A stretch of 64,000 bases of DNA, taken from NCBI GenBank assembly GCA_963422735.1, contig OY730476.1, positions 1,472,001 through 1,536,000 on the forward strand, written 5' to 3'. The position numbers were made by a program, and so were the translations under genes. The DNA is from Candidatus Latescibacterota bacterium (lineage in GTDB: Bacteria; Latescibacterota; UBA2968; UBA8231). Within the stretch, counting starts at the first letter, position 1, and each line of letters starts with the position of its first letter. A model generated the notes under the pieces. It was not told the origin of the DNA. It did no database searches and saw nothing but the letters and a program-made list of their open reading frames with translations. Shown one piece after another: positions 17,595 through 29,163 of the stretch.

Positions 17595-19994
17595 ATGTCC
17601 GCGAGCAAAAAGATGCGACGGCGACCCGCGCTGTGGACGGCCCTCGGATTCGGAATCGGCATCTTCTTGGGGCGATCTGTGGAGGTGGGCTTGGTCACAG
17701 CGACGGCCCTGAGCGGGTTGGCCTTTCTCGGCGCGGCCGCAGGCTTCTACCGCAAGGCGTGTTGGGCAGGTTGGATGCTGTGGGGAGTCGCCGTCCTGTT
17801 AGGCGCACTGCGTTACCACATCGACACAGCCCTGTCCCCTTTGCCACACCTAGTCGCGCTCAAGGTCTTTGACCAGCGCGGCGTGGTCACCGGGTGCATC
17901 GTCCAAGAGCCGGAGCGCAGTGACGAGCGAGTGCGCTTTGCCATAGAACTGGAACAGGTGGTCGCCGACAGCACCATCTACCACTTGGGCGGGCAGGTGC
18001 TAGTCACGGTAAAAGACGTGTACTTGCCGGCGGATTACGGCGACCGCGTGTCCCTGCGCGGGAGGCTCCAAAGGCCCCGTGCAGTGCGGAATCCTGGTGC
18101 CTTCGACTACCGGGCCTTTTTGGCCCAGCAGGACATCTACGGCACGCTTTTCGTCGGCAAACCCGAGCAGGTCGTTTCCGTAGAGCACTTGCCCGGACAC
18201 TGGCTGTACGAGGGCGTAGTGCTGCCTCTCAGACGCGCCGTGCGCCAGAGCATTGAGCGCAACCTCGCAGGAGCACCGGCCGGACTGTTGTTGGGCGTAC
18301 TCTTGGGAGAGAAGCAGCGAATTCCCGAGGAGGTGCGCGCTGCGTTTCGCAGCACCGGGCTGGCGCACGCGCTCGTGGTCAGCGGACTCCACGTCGGGAT
18401 GGTGGGCGGGTTCTTCTTCTTTGGGTTCCGGCTCCTGCGGCTCGCCGACCGACCGAGTTCCGCGGCCACCATCGTCGCGCTGGTGCTCTATGCCCTCGCA
18501 ACCGGGGCACAGGTGCCGGTAGTGCGGGCGGTGCTGATGGGAGCGGTGGTGCTGTTGGGGCGGGTGCTCCGGCGGCAGGGCGACATCTACAACACTCTTG
18601 GGCTGGCGGCACTAGCGATTTTGGTGATATGGCCGGAGAGTCCGTGGAGTCTGAGCTTCCAGCTCTCCTTTGGCGCGACGTGGGCCATCGTCGCCTTGCA
18701 CGGACCGCTCGCCTCGCTTTTCCCCGCAGCCTCTCAGCGCGCCGACAGCCGGGTAGGTCGCTTTCTCGTCAGCCCGCTGTGCGCCACGCTGGCGGCCCAA
18801 CTCGGCACTGGGCCTTTGATCGCCTATTCCTTTCAGCAGCTAGCATTGGGGGCCGTGGTGGCCAATATAGTGGTAGTGCCGCTCTTGGCGCTCGCCGTGG
18901 GCCTAGGGCTGCTAGCCGCGTTGATGGGTTGGATTTTGCCTTGGGTCGCCACTGCGTTCAACGCCGCCAATTACCTAGTCCTCGTGGGGCTGATCGAGTT
19001 GGTCTCGTGGTGGGCCTCGCTGCCCTTTGCATCCGTGGTGGTGCCGCGTCCGGGGGGGATCTTTGTCGCACTGGCCGCCGCGCTCTGCCTGCTCGGCCCA
19101 CTTTTGTCCCACAGGGCGTGGGCGCGCAAAGCCGCCATTTTCGCAGCACTCGTCTGGTTCAATGTCGCGGTGTGGACCTACGCGCTCCGCTCCCGCGACT
19201 TGGAGATCGTCTTTTTGGACGTGGGCCAAGGCGACGCGGCGTTTGTGCGCTTCCCCGACGGCAAGACCATGGTTGTCGATGGCGGCGAACGCAGCGAATA
19301 CTTCGACTACGGCGAACAGGTGCTGCTGCCTTTCTTGCGCTACATGGGCGTCCGGCGGGTCGATGTCGTCGTGGCCTCGCATCCACACAACGACCACATC
19401 GGCGGCCTGGTAGCCCTGTTGGAGCAAATGGAAGTCGGCCACTTTCTCGACAGTGGGCAGGTCTATGGCTCGTGGACGGCGCGGCGGCTGCGGGAACTCA
19501 TGGCCGAGCGGGGCGTGCGCTACCACCGGGTCGCGGCGGGCGACCGCTTGGCGGGCTTGGGCGGGGTCGCGGCGCTTGTCCTACATCCAACTGCGGACTT
19601 TGTCGATGCAGACGGCAACTCCCCTTTTGGCCTCAACAACGGCTCGGTGGCCTTTAGCTTGCAGCACGGAACCGTGCGGGTGCTCTTTACCGGCGACGTA
19701 GAGCAGGAGGCCGACCCGGCGATCCTCGCTTGGGGACCGCGGCTGCAGGCGTACTTGCTCAAGGTGGCTCACCACGGCTCGCGCACCTCGTCGCAGCCAC
19801 TTTTCGTCGCGGCAGTCGCGCCCGCAGTGGCAGTGATGTCGCTGGGGGAGGGCAACAAGTTCAAGCACCCAGCCCCCGAGGTCGTCGCACGCTACGCAGC
19901 GCACGGGGCGCGCGTACTGCGCACCGATCACATCGGCGCGGTGCAAGTGCGGATTGACGGCGCGGGCATGGTCGTGCAAACGATGATGGAATGA
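17595..19994 (+). CDS. comEC: Competence protein ComEC/Rec2
   Basis: RNPGAFDY, GLAHALVVSGLHVG, SFQLSF, DVGQGD, SHPHNDHIGG, KVAHHGS. Confidence 0.95.
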   Translation: MSASKKMRRRPALWTALGFGIGIFLGRSVEVGLVTATALSGLAFLGAAAGFYRKACWAGWMLWGVAVLLGALRYHIDTALSPLPHLVALKVFDQRGVVTGCIVQEPERSDERVRFAIELEQVVADSTIYHLGGQVLVTVKDVYLPADYGDRVSLRGRLQRPRAVRNPGAFDYRAFLAQQDIYGTLFVGKPEQVVSVEHLPGHWLYEGVVLPLRRAVRQSIERNLAGAPAGLLLGVLLGEKQRIPEEVRAAFRSTGLAHALVVSGLHVGMVGGFFFFGFRLLRLADRPSSAATIVALVLYALATGAQVPVVRAVLMGAVVLLGRVLRRQGDIYNTLGLAALAILVIWPESPWSLSFQLSFGATWAIVALHGPLASLFPAASQRADSRVGRFLVSPLCATLAAQLGTGPLIAYSFQQLALGAVVANIVVVPLLALAVGLGLLAALMGWILPWVATAFNAANYLVLVGLIELVSWWASLPFASVVVPRPGGIFVALAAALCLLGPLLSHRAWARKAAIFAALVWFNVAVWTYALRSRDLEIVFLDVGQGDAAFVRFPDGKTMVVDGGERSEYFDYGEQVLLPFLRYMGVRRVDVVVASHPHNDHIGGLVALLEQMEVGHFLDSGQVYGSWTARRLRELMAERGVRYHRVAAGDRLAGLGGVAALVLHPTADFVDADGNSPFGLNNGSVAFSLQHGTVRVLFTGDVEQEADPAILAWGPRLQAYLLKVAHHGSRTSSQPLFVAAVAPAVAVMSLGEGNKFKHPAPEVVARYAAHGARVLRTDHIGAVQVRIDGAGMVVQTMME

Positions 19995-20003
19995 GGGATG
20001 CGC

Positions 20004-21062
20004 CTAGGCTTGCAGCCCCAATTCAGGGCACTCAATCAAGGACCGCAGGCGGTCGAGGAAGCGGGCCGCCGCGCCGTTTTCGAGCAATCGGCTCTCAACC
20101 GTCAGGCTCAAAGAGATCAACGCTCGCGGTACCACGCGGCCCTCGCGCACGGCCGGGCGCTCGGCAATGCGCCCCAGTCCCAAAGCGGCTCGGTGAGGAG
20201 GGCGGAGGATGGGAGTAAAGGCGTCAATGCCGTACATGCCGAGATTGGCGATGGCAAAGGTGCCGCCCTGCACGGTCTCCGGCTCCAAGGCGCACCGCCG
20301 CACCTGAAGCGCTAGGGAGCGCGCCGCCGCCGCGAGTTCGGCCCAGCTCTTGGTATGCGCGTCGCGGATGACCGGAGTCGCCAAGCCATCGCCCGTATCT
20401 ACAGCGAGGCTGAGATGGACGGCCTCTGTTCCCGCGGCATTCAACTGAGGATGCTCGATCAAGGCGACGACCGCCAGCTTGGCAATCAGGTGGTGATATG
20501 CAGGTGCCGGCGCATCCTCCGCCTCGAACTGCGGACGCAACGCCACCAGTTCGGTAGCGTCTGCTTCAGTCGTCAGGATCGCAGGGGACGCCTGACCGCT
20601 GCCAGCGGCAGCCGCGCGAACATCGCGCTCGACGATCCGGCCCGTGCGCCCGCTGCCCGTGAGCACGCGCCATTCCACCCCGAACGCCGAGGCCACGCGC
20701 CGGGCGCGGGGGCTGATGGTCGGCCCTGATGAGCGGACCGGCGCAGGCGTTGAGGCCGGCTCTGCTACGGGCGCGGGAGCCGCAGGCGTTGGGGCCGGCG
20801 CGGTCGGCATTTCCTCGCCGGGCTGCAACAGATAGCCCAAGAGGGTGCCCACCGGCACGGTATCGCCGGGCTGGGGCGCGTCCGGAGGGATGCACAGGAT
20901 GCCGCCGGAAAAGGTCTCGATCTCGTTGAGGGCCTTGTCGCTTTCCACCGCAAAGAGGATTTCGCCCACCTCGACCGCGTCGCCATCGGCTTTGAGCCAC
21001 TCGACGAGGGTGCCCTCTTCCATGGTCCATCCCAAGCGGGGCATTGCGATTGCCTCGGCCAT
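20004..21062 (-). CDS. 2-oxoacid dehydrogenase E2-like protein (lipoyl and E3-binding domains; degenerate catalytic domain)
   Basis: VESDKA lipoyl motif; SPRARR..GSGRTGRI; catalytic DHR motif replaced by ESR. Confidence 0.85.
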   Translation of the reverse strand: MAEAIAMPRLGWTMEEGTLVEWLKADGDAVEVGEILFAVESDKALNEIETFSGGILCIPPDAPQPGDTVPVGTLLGYLLQPGEEMPTAPAPTPAAPAPVAEPASTPAPVRSSGPTISPRARRVASAFGVEWRVLTGSGRTGRIVERDVRAAAAGSGQASPAILTTEADATELVALRPQFEAEDAPAPAYHHLIAKLAVVALIEHPQLNAAGTEAVHLSLAVDTGDGLATPVIRDAHTKSWAELAAAARSLALQVRRCALEPETVQGGTFAIANLGMYGIDAFTPILRPPHRAALGLGRIAERPAVREGRVVPRALISLSLTVESRLLENGAAARFLDRLRSLIECPELGLQA

Positions 21063-21072
21063 GCGCTTGCTC

Positions 21073-22050
21073 CTACTCGGCCATCAGGTCGCGGATGGCC
21101 CGGTCTATGTCCTTCCCATTGGGCGCAACCGCGGCCTCTAAGGGCGCACTGTACGGCGTGGGCACGTGTGCGCCGTTGACGCGGCGCACCGGCGCGTCGA
21201 GATCGTCGAAGGCCCGGTCAACCACTTCGGCGGCGATTTCTGCGCCCATGCCGCAGGGAGCAAAGGTCTCATCGGCGATCAGCAGGCGGCCCGTCCGGTG
21301 TACGGATTCGAGCACAGCGTCGATGTCGAGGGGGGACGTAGTGCGGGGGTCAATGACTTCGATCGAGATGCCCTCGCCGGATAGAGCCTCGGCGACTTGG
21401 AGCGTCTCGGGTACCATGGTCGTCAGGGCCACGACGGTCAGGTGCTCGCCGCGGCGGCGCACGGCTGCCTGGCCAAAGGGAATGCAGTACTCCTCTTCTG
21501 GAACTTCGCCACGGGTGTTGAGCAAGGACTTGTGTTCGAGGAAGAGCACTGGGTCGTCGCCGCGCAGGGCCGTCTTGAGCAGGCCCTTGGCGTCGTACGG
21601 GCTAGACGGCACCGCGACCTTGAAGCCGGGCAGATGCGTAAAGATCGGATAGTAGTTGCCCGAGTGATGGGTAGCGGCCGCGCCGCCGACGCCAATGCAG
21701 CCGCGCAGAACGATGGGCATTTTCAGGCGACCGCTGCTCATGTACTGCATCTTGGCGATCTGGTTGATCAGCTCGCCGAACGCATCGAGGATGAAATCCA
21801 AGAACATAAAATCCACAACGGGCCGCGTGCCGGTCATGGCCGCGCCAGCGCACAGGCCGACGAAGCCGCGCTCGCATATCGGGGTGTCGCGTAGGCGCTC
21901 CGGGCCGTACAGATCAAAGAGACCGGTGGTAGTGTTGAAGTTGCCGCCGCGCGGACCAATGCCCTCGCCGACGACGAAAATGGTCTCGTCTCGCGCCATC
22001 TCCTCGGCTAGGGCTTGCCGCGCCGCTTCCACGTACGTGAGTTCGGGCAT
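21073..22050 (-). CDS. TPP-dependent dehydrogenase E1 beta subunit
   Basis: DTPICE.GF.G...GAAMTG.RPV, PSSPYDAKGLL, PVLFLEHK. Confidence 0.93.
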   Translation of the reverse strand: MPELTYVEAARQALAEEMARDETIFVVGEGIGPRGGNFNTTTGLFDLYGPERLRDTPICERGFVGLCAGAAMTGTRPVVDFMFLDFILDAFGELINQIAKMQYMSSGRLKMPIVLRGCIGVGGAAATHHSGNYYPIFTHLPGFKVAVPSSPYDAKGLLKTALRGDDPVLFLEHKSLLNTRGEVPEEEYCIPFGQAAVRRRGEHLTVVALTTMVPETLQVAEALSGEGISIEVIDPRTTSPLDIDAVLESVHRTGRLLIADETFAPCGMGAEIAAEVVDRAFDDLDAPVRRVNGAHVPTPYSAPLEAAVAPNGKDIDRAIRDLMAE

Positions 22051-23048
22051 TACGCGCCGCCCCTTTGGCTAAAGACGTGGTCGGCCACGGTGGCTGGGTC
22101 GGGCCATGGACTGTCGTGGGCAAATTGCAAAGCCTCGGCGATCAGTGCGGTGCCGTCCGCCGCGATCACATCGAGTTCTTCTTGGCAGGCGTGGCTCGCA
22201 TCTAAAAGCCGGTGGGCAAAGGCCGAGATGGGGTCGCGCTTTTTCCAAGCGTCGATTTCCTCGGTGGAGCGGTAGCCTCCGTCGCGCATTCCTTCGGCGT
22301 GTGGCCGGGTGCGGTAGGTCTTGCACTCAAGGAGGGTCGGGCCGCCGCCTTGGCGTGCGCGCGTTACCGCTTCGCCAGCCGCCGCGTACACCGCAGCTAC
22401 GTCGTTGCCGTCGATGGCGATGCCAGGCAGTCCGTACGCTTCGGCGCGGTTGGCCACTTGCGGATTGCGGGTAGTATCGACAAAGGCCACTTCCGTGGCG
22501 TAGAGGTTGTTTTCGCAAACGAAGAGCACTGGCAACTGCCAATTGGTCGCTAGGTTGATGCCCTCGTGGAAGGCACCGTTGGCTACCGCGCCGTCGCCAA
22601 AAAACGCCACGCCGACCTTGGGGACGCCCAATAGTTTAAAGGAGTAGCCAGCGCCGGCGGCTTGCAGGATGCAGGGACCGACGATGCCGCTGGTACCCAT
22701 CATTCCCACTTGCGGCGAGAAAAGGTGCATGGAGCCGCCGCGCCCCTGCGAGCAGCCCGTAGCTTTGCCAAAAAGCTCGGCGATTAGCTCCCTGGGCGGT
22801 ACGCCTTTGGCGAGGGCGTGGCCGTGACCGCGATGCGTACTAAAGACCGCGTCATCGTCGTTGAGATGAGCGCAAACGCCGGTGGCGATGGCCTCCTCGC
22901 CGACGTACGTGTGGCAGGCACCGGGGATCAGACCGGCTTGGTAGGACCGGGCGAGTTGCTCTTCGCAGCGACGGATGACCAACATCTGGCGATAGAGCAC
23001 CAAACAGGTATCCTTGTCGGGCAGAGCTACTTCCGTTGAGGTAGGCAT
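22050..23048 (-). CDS. TPP-dependent dehydrogenase E1 alpha subunit (acetoin/pyruvate type)
   Basis: HTYVGEEA, STHRGHGH, GRGGSMH, GDG..ENN. Confidence 0.93.
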   Translation of the reverse strand: MPTSTEVALPDKDTCLVLYRQMLVIRRCEEQLARSYQAGLIPGACHTYVGEEAIATGVCAHLNDDDAVFSTHRGHGHALAKGVPPRELIAELFGKATGCSQGRGGSMHLFSPQVGMMGTSGIVGPCILQAAGAGYSFKLLGVPKVGVAFFGDGAVANGAFHEGINLATNWQLPVLFVCENNLYATEVAFVDTTRNPQVANRAEAYGLPGIAIDGNDVAAVYAAAGEAVTRARQGGGPTLLECKTYRTRPHAEGMRDGGYRSTEEIDAWKKRDPISAFAHRLLDASHACQEELDVIAADGTALIAEALQFAHDSPWPDPATVADHVFSQRGGA

Positions 23049-23055
23049 GGCGGCG

Positions 23056-23084
23056 AATATAGCGATTGTCCGCCGCCCTGCCAA
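23056..23084 (-). promoter_or_regulatory. Putative leaderless sigma70 promoter of the E1 operon
   Basis: TTGGCA-17nt-TATATT-7nt-ATG, no SD. Confidence 0.5.
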
Positions 23085-23191
23085 AGACGCCCTAAGAAGC
23101 TGTCGCTACAATTCCCGCATTGCGGGCGAGACGCCCGCGCATCCATGAAGTGGAACCGGGAGAAAGTCAGACACTACCGACGGGCAGCCAA

Positions 23192-23400
23192 TCAATGGAC
23201 GCGCGGCAGATGCGGCAGGTGGGCAAAGTGTTGGTCTCGGGAAAAGAGTTGCAGGCCGTGTTCAACCACGAGCGCGGCAATCCAGATATCGTTGGTGGGA
23301 ATGGGCGTACCCTGCTGACGCAACTGGCAAAAGAGTTGGGCATAGTGCCGCGTTGTGGCCTCGCTGGCATAGAGAGCGGACACCCGAGGCCGATTGAGAA
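23192..23400 (-). pseudogene. VapC PIN toxin, C-terminal half
   Basis: YAQLFCQLRQQGTPIPTNDIWIAA...SRDQHF. Confidence 0.8.
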
Positions 23401-23619
23401 AGCTCAGATAGGCATGGCGGCGAATATAGCTTTACCACTTTCACACCGCCTTTTTGCTGAAGGAGTCGTAGTCCAAGTCGTCGCGGGCGTAGGCGTCAAT
23501 GGCGGATTTGGAGCACTTCTGCCCGCGTAGGGGGTTCGCCTTCCCCACTTGAGGTCGCGTATCAAAGCGAGGAATCGAACGTTATCGAATTGTCCGCCAC
23601 CCCGCCAATTAAGGCCCCA

Positions 23620-24186
23620 TCACAAGTCAATCCAGTAGCGCAACTTCCCAATGCGCCGCGCGGGCTTGCGGCCCTCGGCGCGAAATGCTTGGCTGGGCAT
23701 GGCCATCGCGCTCTCGAATTGGCCGCCGTTGTGCTCGATAATTTTGCGCGAGCCAATGTTGTCCGAGTCGCAGGTGACCAACACGCGGTGCAGCCCGAGC
23801 TCCCGCGATACCACTAGCGTCAGGGCGAGGAGGGCCTTGCCGTAGCCGCGGCACCGCCGAGAGGGTCGGATGCTGTAGCCAATGTGTCCTCCGTAGGTGA
23901 GCAAATACGGGGTGCAAAGGTCGGGCCTTATGGAGGTTTGGCCGATGTACTCGCCGTCGTGTACGAACCAGAGCACTCGGTCTGGGTACCGCGCCCGCGA
24001 ACCCGTCGCATCGGCGAGGGCCTTGAGGTCGCGCACGAATTGCGGGAATTGGTCGGCGAGGGAAGCACTGTCGTAACCGAGGGATAGGGCGTACGTCGAG
24101 TCGAAACGGCCTTCGGCTAAGAACTCGGCCGCGCCCTCTAGGAAGCTATCCCGGTACAGGACGGAGGGAGTGGCGAGGGATTGCAT
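23620..24186 (-). CDS. GNAT family acetyltransferase
   Basis: GGHIGYSIRPS.R.RGYG, VLVTCDSDNIGSRKIIE.NGG. Confidence 0.9.
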   Translation of the reverse strand: MQSLATPSVLYRDSFLEGAAEFLAEGRFDSTYALSLGYDSASLADQFPQFVRDLKALADATGSRARYPDRVLWFVHDGEYIGQTSIRPDLCTPYLLTYGGHIGYSIRPSRRCRGYGKALLALTLVVSRELGLHRVLVTCDSDNIGSRKIIEHNGGQFESAMAMPSQAFRAEGRKPARRIGKLRYWIDL

Positions 24187-24413
24187 GATCGGTTGGATAT
24201 AACATAGTGGGCAGGACTTTTTGGGGTGGGGCAAGGTAGGGTGTGGAGGCTAGACCGTCAACTTGGCGGGGCGCGCTTGCCCATTCGCAGGCGTGTATCT
24301 TAATTGCCTAATAGTGTGAATCACCCTTTCCTTGGAAAAGAATCGGCGAGCCAATGGCGCGGGCGGTATATATAGATGTATGAGATAGCTTTTATACAAC
24401 GGACCAAAAAACC

Positions 24414-25988
24414 ATGAGCGAAATCATCCAGCTCGACGATAGATCGGTCGGAGCGATTCTCCGCAACATGACGCCGGCCAGACTCTACGAAGAAGCACTG
24501 CGCCACGAGCGCGGATCCATCATTTCCGACCAAGGCGCGCTCGTGGTTTCCTCGGGCGACAAGACCGGGCGCAGCCCCAGCGACAAGCGCATCGTCTTCG
24601 ACCCACAAAGCAGTGCCGACATCTGGTGGGGCGCGGTCAACATCAAGCTCCAAGAGCACACCTTTATGATCAACCTAGAGCGGGCCATCGACTATCTCAA
24701 CACCTGCGAGCGGTTGTACGTGATCGATGGATTCGCCGGCTGGGATCCTCAATATCGGCTCAAAATCCGCGTGATTTGCTCCCTCGCATACCACGCACTC
24801 TTCATGCACAACATGCTCATCCGCCCGTCCGAGGCCGAGCTAGCCCAATTCGGGACGCCGGATTTTACCATCTACAACGCCGGCCGCTTTCCGGCCAATC
24901 GCTACACTTCGGAGATGACCTCCACGACCAGCATCGACCTAAGCTTCGAGCGCCGGGAAATGGTGATTCTGGGAACCGAGTACGCGGGCGAAATGAAAAA
25001 GGGCGTGTTCACGGTAATGAACTTCCTCATGCCCAGAGCCGGCCTGTTGCCTATGCACTGTTCGGCCAATGCGGGAACCGGCGACACCGCGCTGTTCTTT
25101 GGCTTGTCGGGTACGGGCAAGACCACGCTCTCGACCAACCCGCAGCGGCGATTGATCGGCGACGACGAGCATGTCTGGAGCGCGGAAGGAATCTTCAACA
25201 TTGAGGGCGGCTGTTATGCCAAGTGCATCGACTTGACCCTGGAGCAAGAGCCTGAGATTTTTCGCGCCATCCGCTTTGGCACAGTCTTGGAAAACGTCGT
25301 CTGCGACGAGGAGAGCCGCCGAGTCGATTACGCTGACGGCGCGATCACCGAAAACACCCGCGCGGCCTATCCCATCGACTACATCCCCAACGCGGCGATC
25401 CCCTGTACAGGTAGCCATCCTCGCGACATCGTCTTCCTCACCTGCGATGCCTTCGGTGTGTTGCCGCCGGTTAGCTGCCTGACGCCCGACCAAGCCATGT
25501 ATCACTTTATGAGCGGGTACACGGCCAAGGTCGCCGGCACCGAGATGGGCGTCACCGAGCCAGAGGCCACGTTTTCGGCGTGCTTTGGCGCGGCCTTCAT
25601 GGTCTGGCATCCGAACAAATACGCCGCCCTGCTAGCCAACAAAATCTGCGCCCACAACACCCAAGTCTGGCTGGTCAACACGGGCTGGACGGGTGGGCCG
25701 TACGGCGTGGGTACGCGCCTCTCGCTCCAGCACACCCGGGCGATTATCAGCGCGATCCACGCCGGTGCCCTCGCCGATGCGCCCGTGGAGCGAGAGGCGC
25801 ACTTCGGCTTTGACGCGGTATGCGCGTGTCCGGGCGTGCCCAGCGCACAGATGGTGCCGCGACGAACCTGGGCCGATGGAGCGGCCTACGACGAGCGCGC
25901 TGGCCAACTCGCCGAACTATTCAAGGCGAACTTCGCCGCCTTCGAGAGCGGGGCTTCACCGGCCGTAAAGCGGGCCGGACCGACGTGA
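24414..25988 (+). CDS. pckA: Phosphoenolpyruvate carboxykinase (ATP)
   Basis: [41 protein letters not shown]. Confidence 0.97.
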   Translation: MSEIIQLDDRSVGAILRNMTPARLYEEALRHERGSIISDQGALVVSSGDKTGRSPSDKRIVFDPQSSADIWWGAVNIKLQEHTFMINLERAIDYLNTCERLYVIDGFAGWDPQYRLKIRVICSLAYHALFMHNMLIRPSEAELAQFGTPDFTIYNAGRFPANRYTSEMTSTTSIDLSFERREMVILGTEYAGEMKKGVFTVMNFLMPRAGLLPMHCSANAGTGDTALFFGLSGTGKTTLSTNPQRRLIGDDEHVWSAEGIFNIEGGCYAKCIDLTLEQEPEIFRAIRFGTVLENVVCDEESRRVDYADGAITENTRAAYPIDYIPNAAIPCTGSHPRDIVFLTCDAFGVLPPVSCLTPDQAMYHFMSGYTAKVAGTEMGVTEPEATFSACFGAAFMVWHPNKYAALLANKICAHNTQVWLVNTGWTGGPYGVGTRLSLQHTRAIISAIHAGALADAPVEREAHFGFDAVCACPGVPSAQMVPRRTWADGAAYDERAGQLAELFKANFAAFESGASPAVKRAGPT

Positions 25989-26022
25989 GTCAAAATGACT
26001 CATCACCCATAAGGAGAAATCA

Positions 26023-27345
<1,323 letters not shown>

Positions 27346-27354
27346 ATTCACCCC

Positions 27355-28407
27355 ATGAACGTCGCCGTCCTGCTTTCTGGTGGGGTCGATAGCTCGTCGG
27401 CCCTTGCGCTGCTCCGGCGCGAAAAGCGGCTTGCCCTCAAAGCCTACTACCTCAAGATCTGGCTGGAGGATGAACTGTTTTCGCTCGGCGACTGCCCGTG
27501 GGAAACGGATTTGTCCTACGCCCGCGCCACCTGCGAGCAGCTCGGGGTGCCGCTCGAGGTCGTGCCGCTACAAAGCGAATATCGCGCCCACATCGTCGAG
27601 CACGCGTTGGCCGAACTGCGCTTGGGGCGTACGCCTAGCCCAGATATCTGGTGCAACCAGCGCGTCAAGTTCGGAGCCTTTTATCAGCGGGTGGCCGGCG
27701 AATGCGACCAAATTGCCTCTGGGCACTACGCCCGTGTCGAGGAAGATGCGGGTGGCTATCGGCTCCGGCGCGCTGCCGATCCGGTCAAGGACCAGACCTA
27801 TTTCCTCTCCAATCTGAGCCAAGCGCAACTCGCTCGGCTCAGATTGCCCATCGGCCATCTGCACAAGCACCAAGTGCGCACACTCGCCGCGGAATTCGAC
27901 CTGCCGGCCAAGGACCGCCCCGACAGCCAAGGCATCTGCTTCTTGGGCAAGATCAACTACCGGGACTTCGTCCGCTTCCACTTGGGAGAGGCCCGGGGCG
28001 ACATCGTCGAGCAGGCGAGCGGGCAAAAGAAGGGCGAGCACCCCGGCTATTGGTTCTACACCACTGGCCAGCGGCACGGCCTGCAACTCGGTGGCGGCCC
28101 TTGGTATGTTACAGACAAAGACGTCGCCAACAACATCGTGTACATTGCCCACGGCAGCGCGCCGACACGAGCCGGACGCCGCGAACTGATCGCCGAACAA
28201 ATCCATTGGATCGCTGGCGCACCAGCGCAAGGCGCACTCCACGTCAAGCTGCGGCATGGGCCAGCCCGGACCCTCTGTCAGGTGCAGATGCTCGCGCCGG
28301 ATCGCGCCCACGTCGCCTTATCTACGCCCGACCCCGGCATTGCTCCGGGCCAACACGCGGTATTCTACGACGGTGACGTTTGCCTCGGCGGCGGCGTCAT
28401 TGCCTAG
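27355..28407 (+). CDS. mnmA: tRNA 2-thiouridylase
   Basis: SGGVDS, PD..CN, KDQTYFL, DSQGICF, APGQ. Confidence 0.95.
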   Translation: MNVAVLLSGGVDSSSALALLRREKRLALKAYYLKIWLEDELFSLGDCPWETDLSYARATCEQLGVPLEVVPLQSEYRAHIVEHALAELRLGRTPSPDIWCNQRVKFGAFYQRVAGECDQIASGHYARVEEDAGGYRLRRAADPVKDQTYFLSNLSQAQLARLRLPIGHLHKHQVRTLAAEFDLPAKDRPDSQGICFLGKINYRDFVRFHLGEARGDIVEQASGQKKGEHPGYWFYTTGQRHGLQLGGGPWYVTDKDVANNIVYIAHGSAPTRAGRRELIAEQIHWIAGAPAQGALHVKLRHGPARTLCQVQMLAPDRAHVALSTPDPGIAPGQHAVFYDGDVCLGGGVIA

Positions 28408-28696
28408 CAACCGTACGTGCGTCCTCCCGCATTTAGCACATCATTATTTTCTTAATGCACACCCGATCGTAGCGTATCCCTCTACATCATCTAGCAGAAT
28501 TATTGGTGCGGCACTAAATGGTTCGACTATTCCTGCACCAAGCTGCGGATTGCGCTCAACAGCGGAAAGGCATATCAGCATATAAAATCGATTTTTTCCA
28601 AGACAGTTTTTCTCCACTGGCGGTGTGGTTTCTGCGGCCGCGTTATACCTTCGGTGACCATCGCGGGAGGTTGAGGGTGCTGGTCGTTAGGGAGAA

Positions 28697-29029
28697 ATGG
28701 CACTCAGAATTATCGTTGGCCTGATTGCTCTTGTGGCCATCATTCAGGGCTTGGCAGGCAACCCAATCGCAGGGGGCATTCTGACGTTCGCGCTAGTCGT
28801 TCTGGGCCTAGTGTACGGGGCAACGGCTCTTGATGCCGAGGACGCGACAGCCTACTTGGCGGTCACAATTGCAGTCGGCGCTGCCGCAAGTGCGAACGGG
28901 CTGGATCAGGACCTGCTCGACATACTTGGCGATCGCCTAGACTCCATCGTCGATCAGGCCAGCATCGCTCTATACGCTGGCGTCATAACCATACTCATCA
29001 GGAGGATGATCAACCGGCTCAAGGGTTAA
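28697..29029 (+). CDS. Small hypothetical membrane protein
   Basis: GGAG SD; about four hydrophobic segments. Confidence 0.65.
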   Translation: MALRIIVGLIALVAIIQGLAGNPIAGGILTFALVVLGLVYGATALDAEDATAYLAVTIAVGAAASANGLDQDLLDILGDRLDSIVDQASIALYAGVITILIRRMINRLKG

Positions 29030-29163
29030 CAATGACCGGCGGATGAGCGGCTGCAAGCGCAAGTCCTCCGCGATATCCGACGCACGTTGCATCTGCGCGA
29101 GTAGGTGCAACACGGTATGGCTTGGTGTCTGTACATATAGAGATGGCACTCCTGTCTCGTCGT

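Noticed and set aside
25989-26022. SAH riboswitch before ahcY
   Set aside because: The gap is only ~34 bp, with no recognisable aptamer.
28407-28697. AT-richer intergenic stretch as an ncRNA or tRNA
   Set aside because: GGTTCGA is present but no cloverleaf can be folded by eye; probably a gene remnant.
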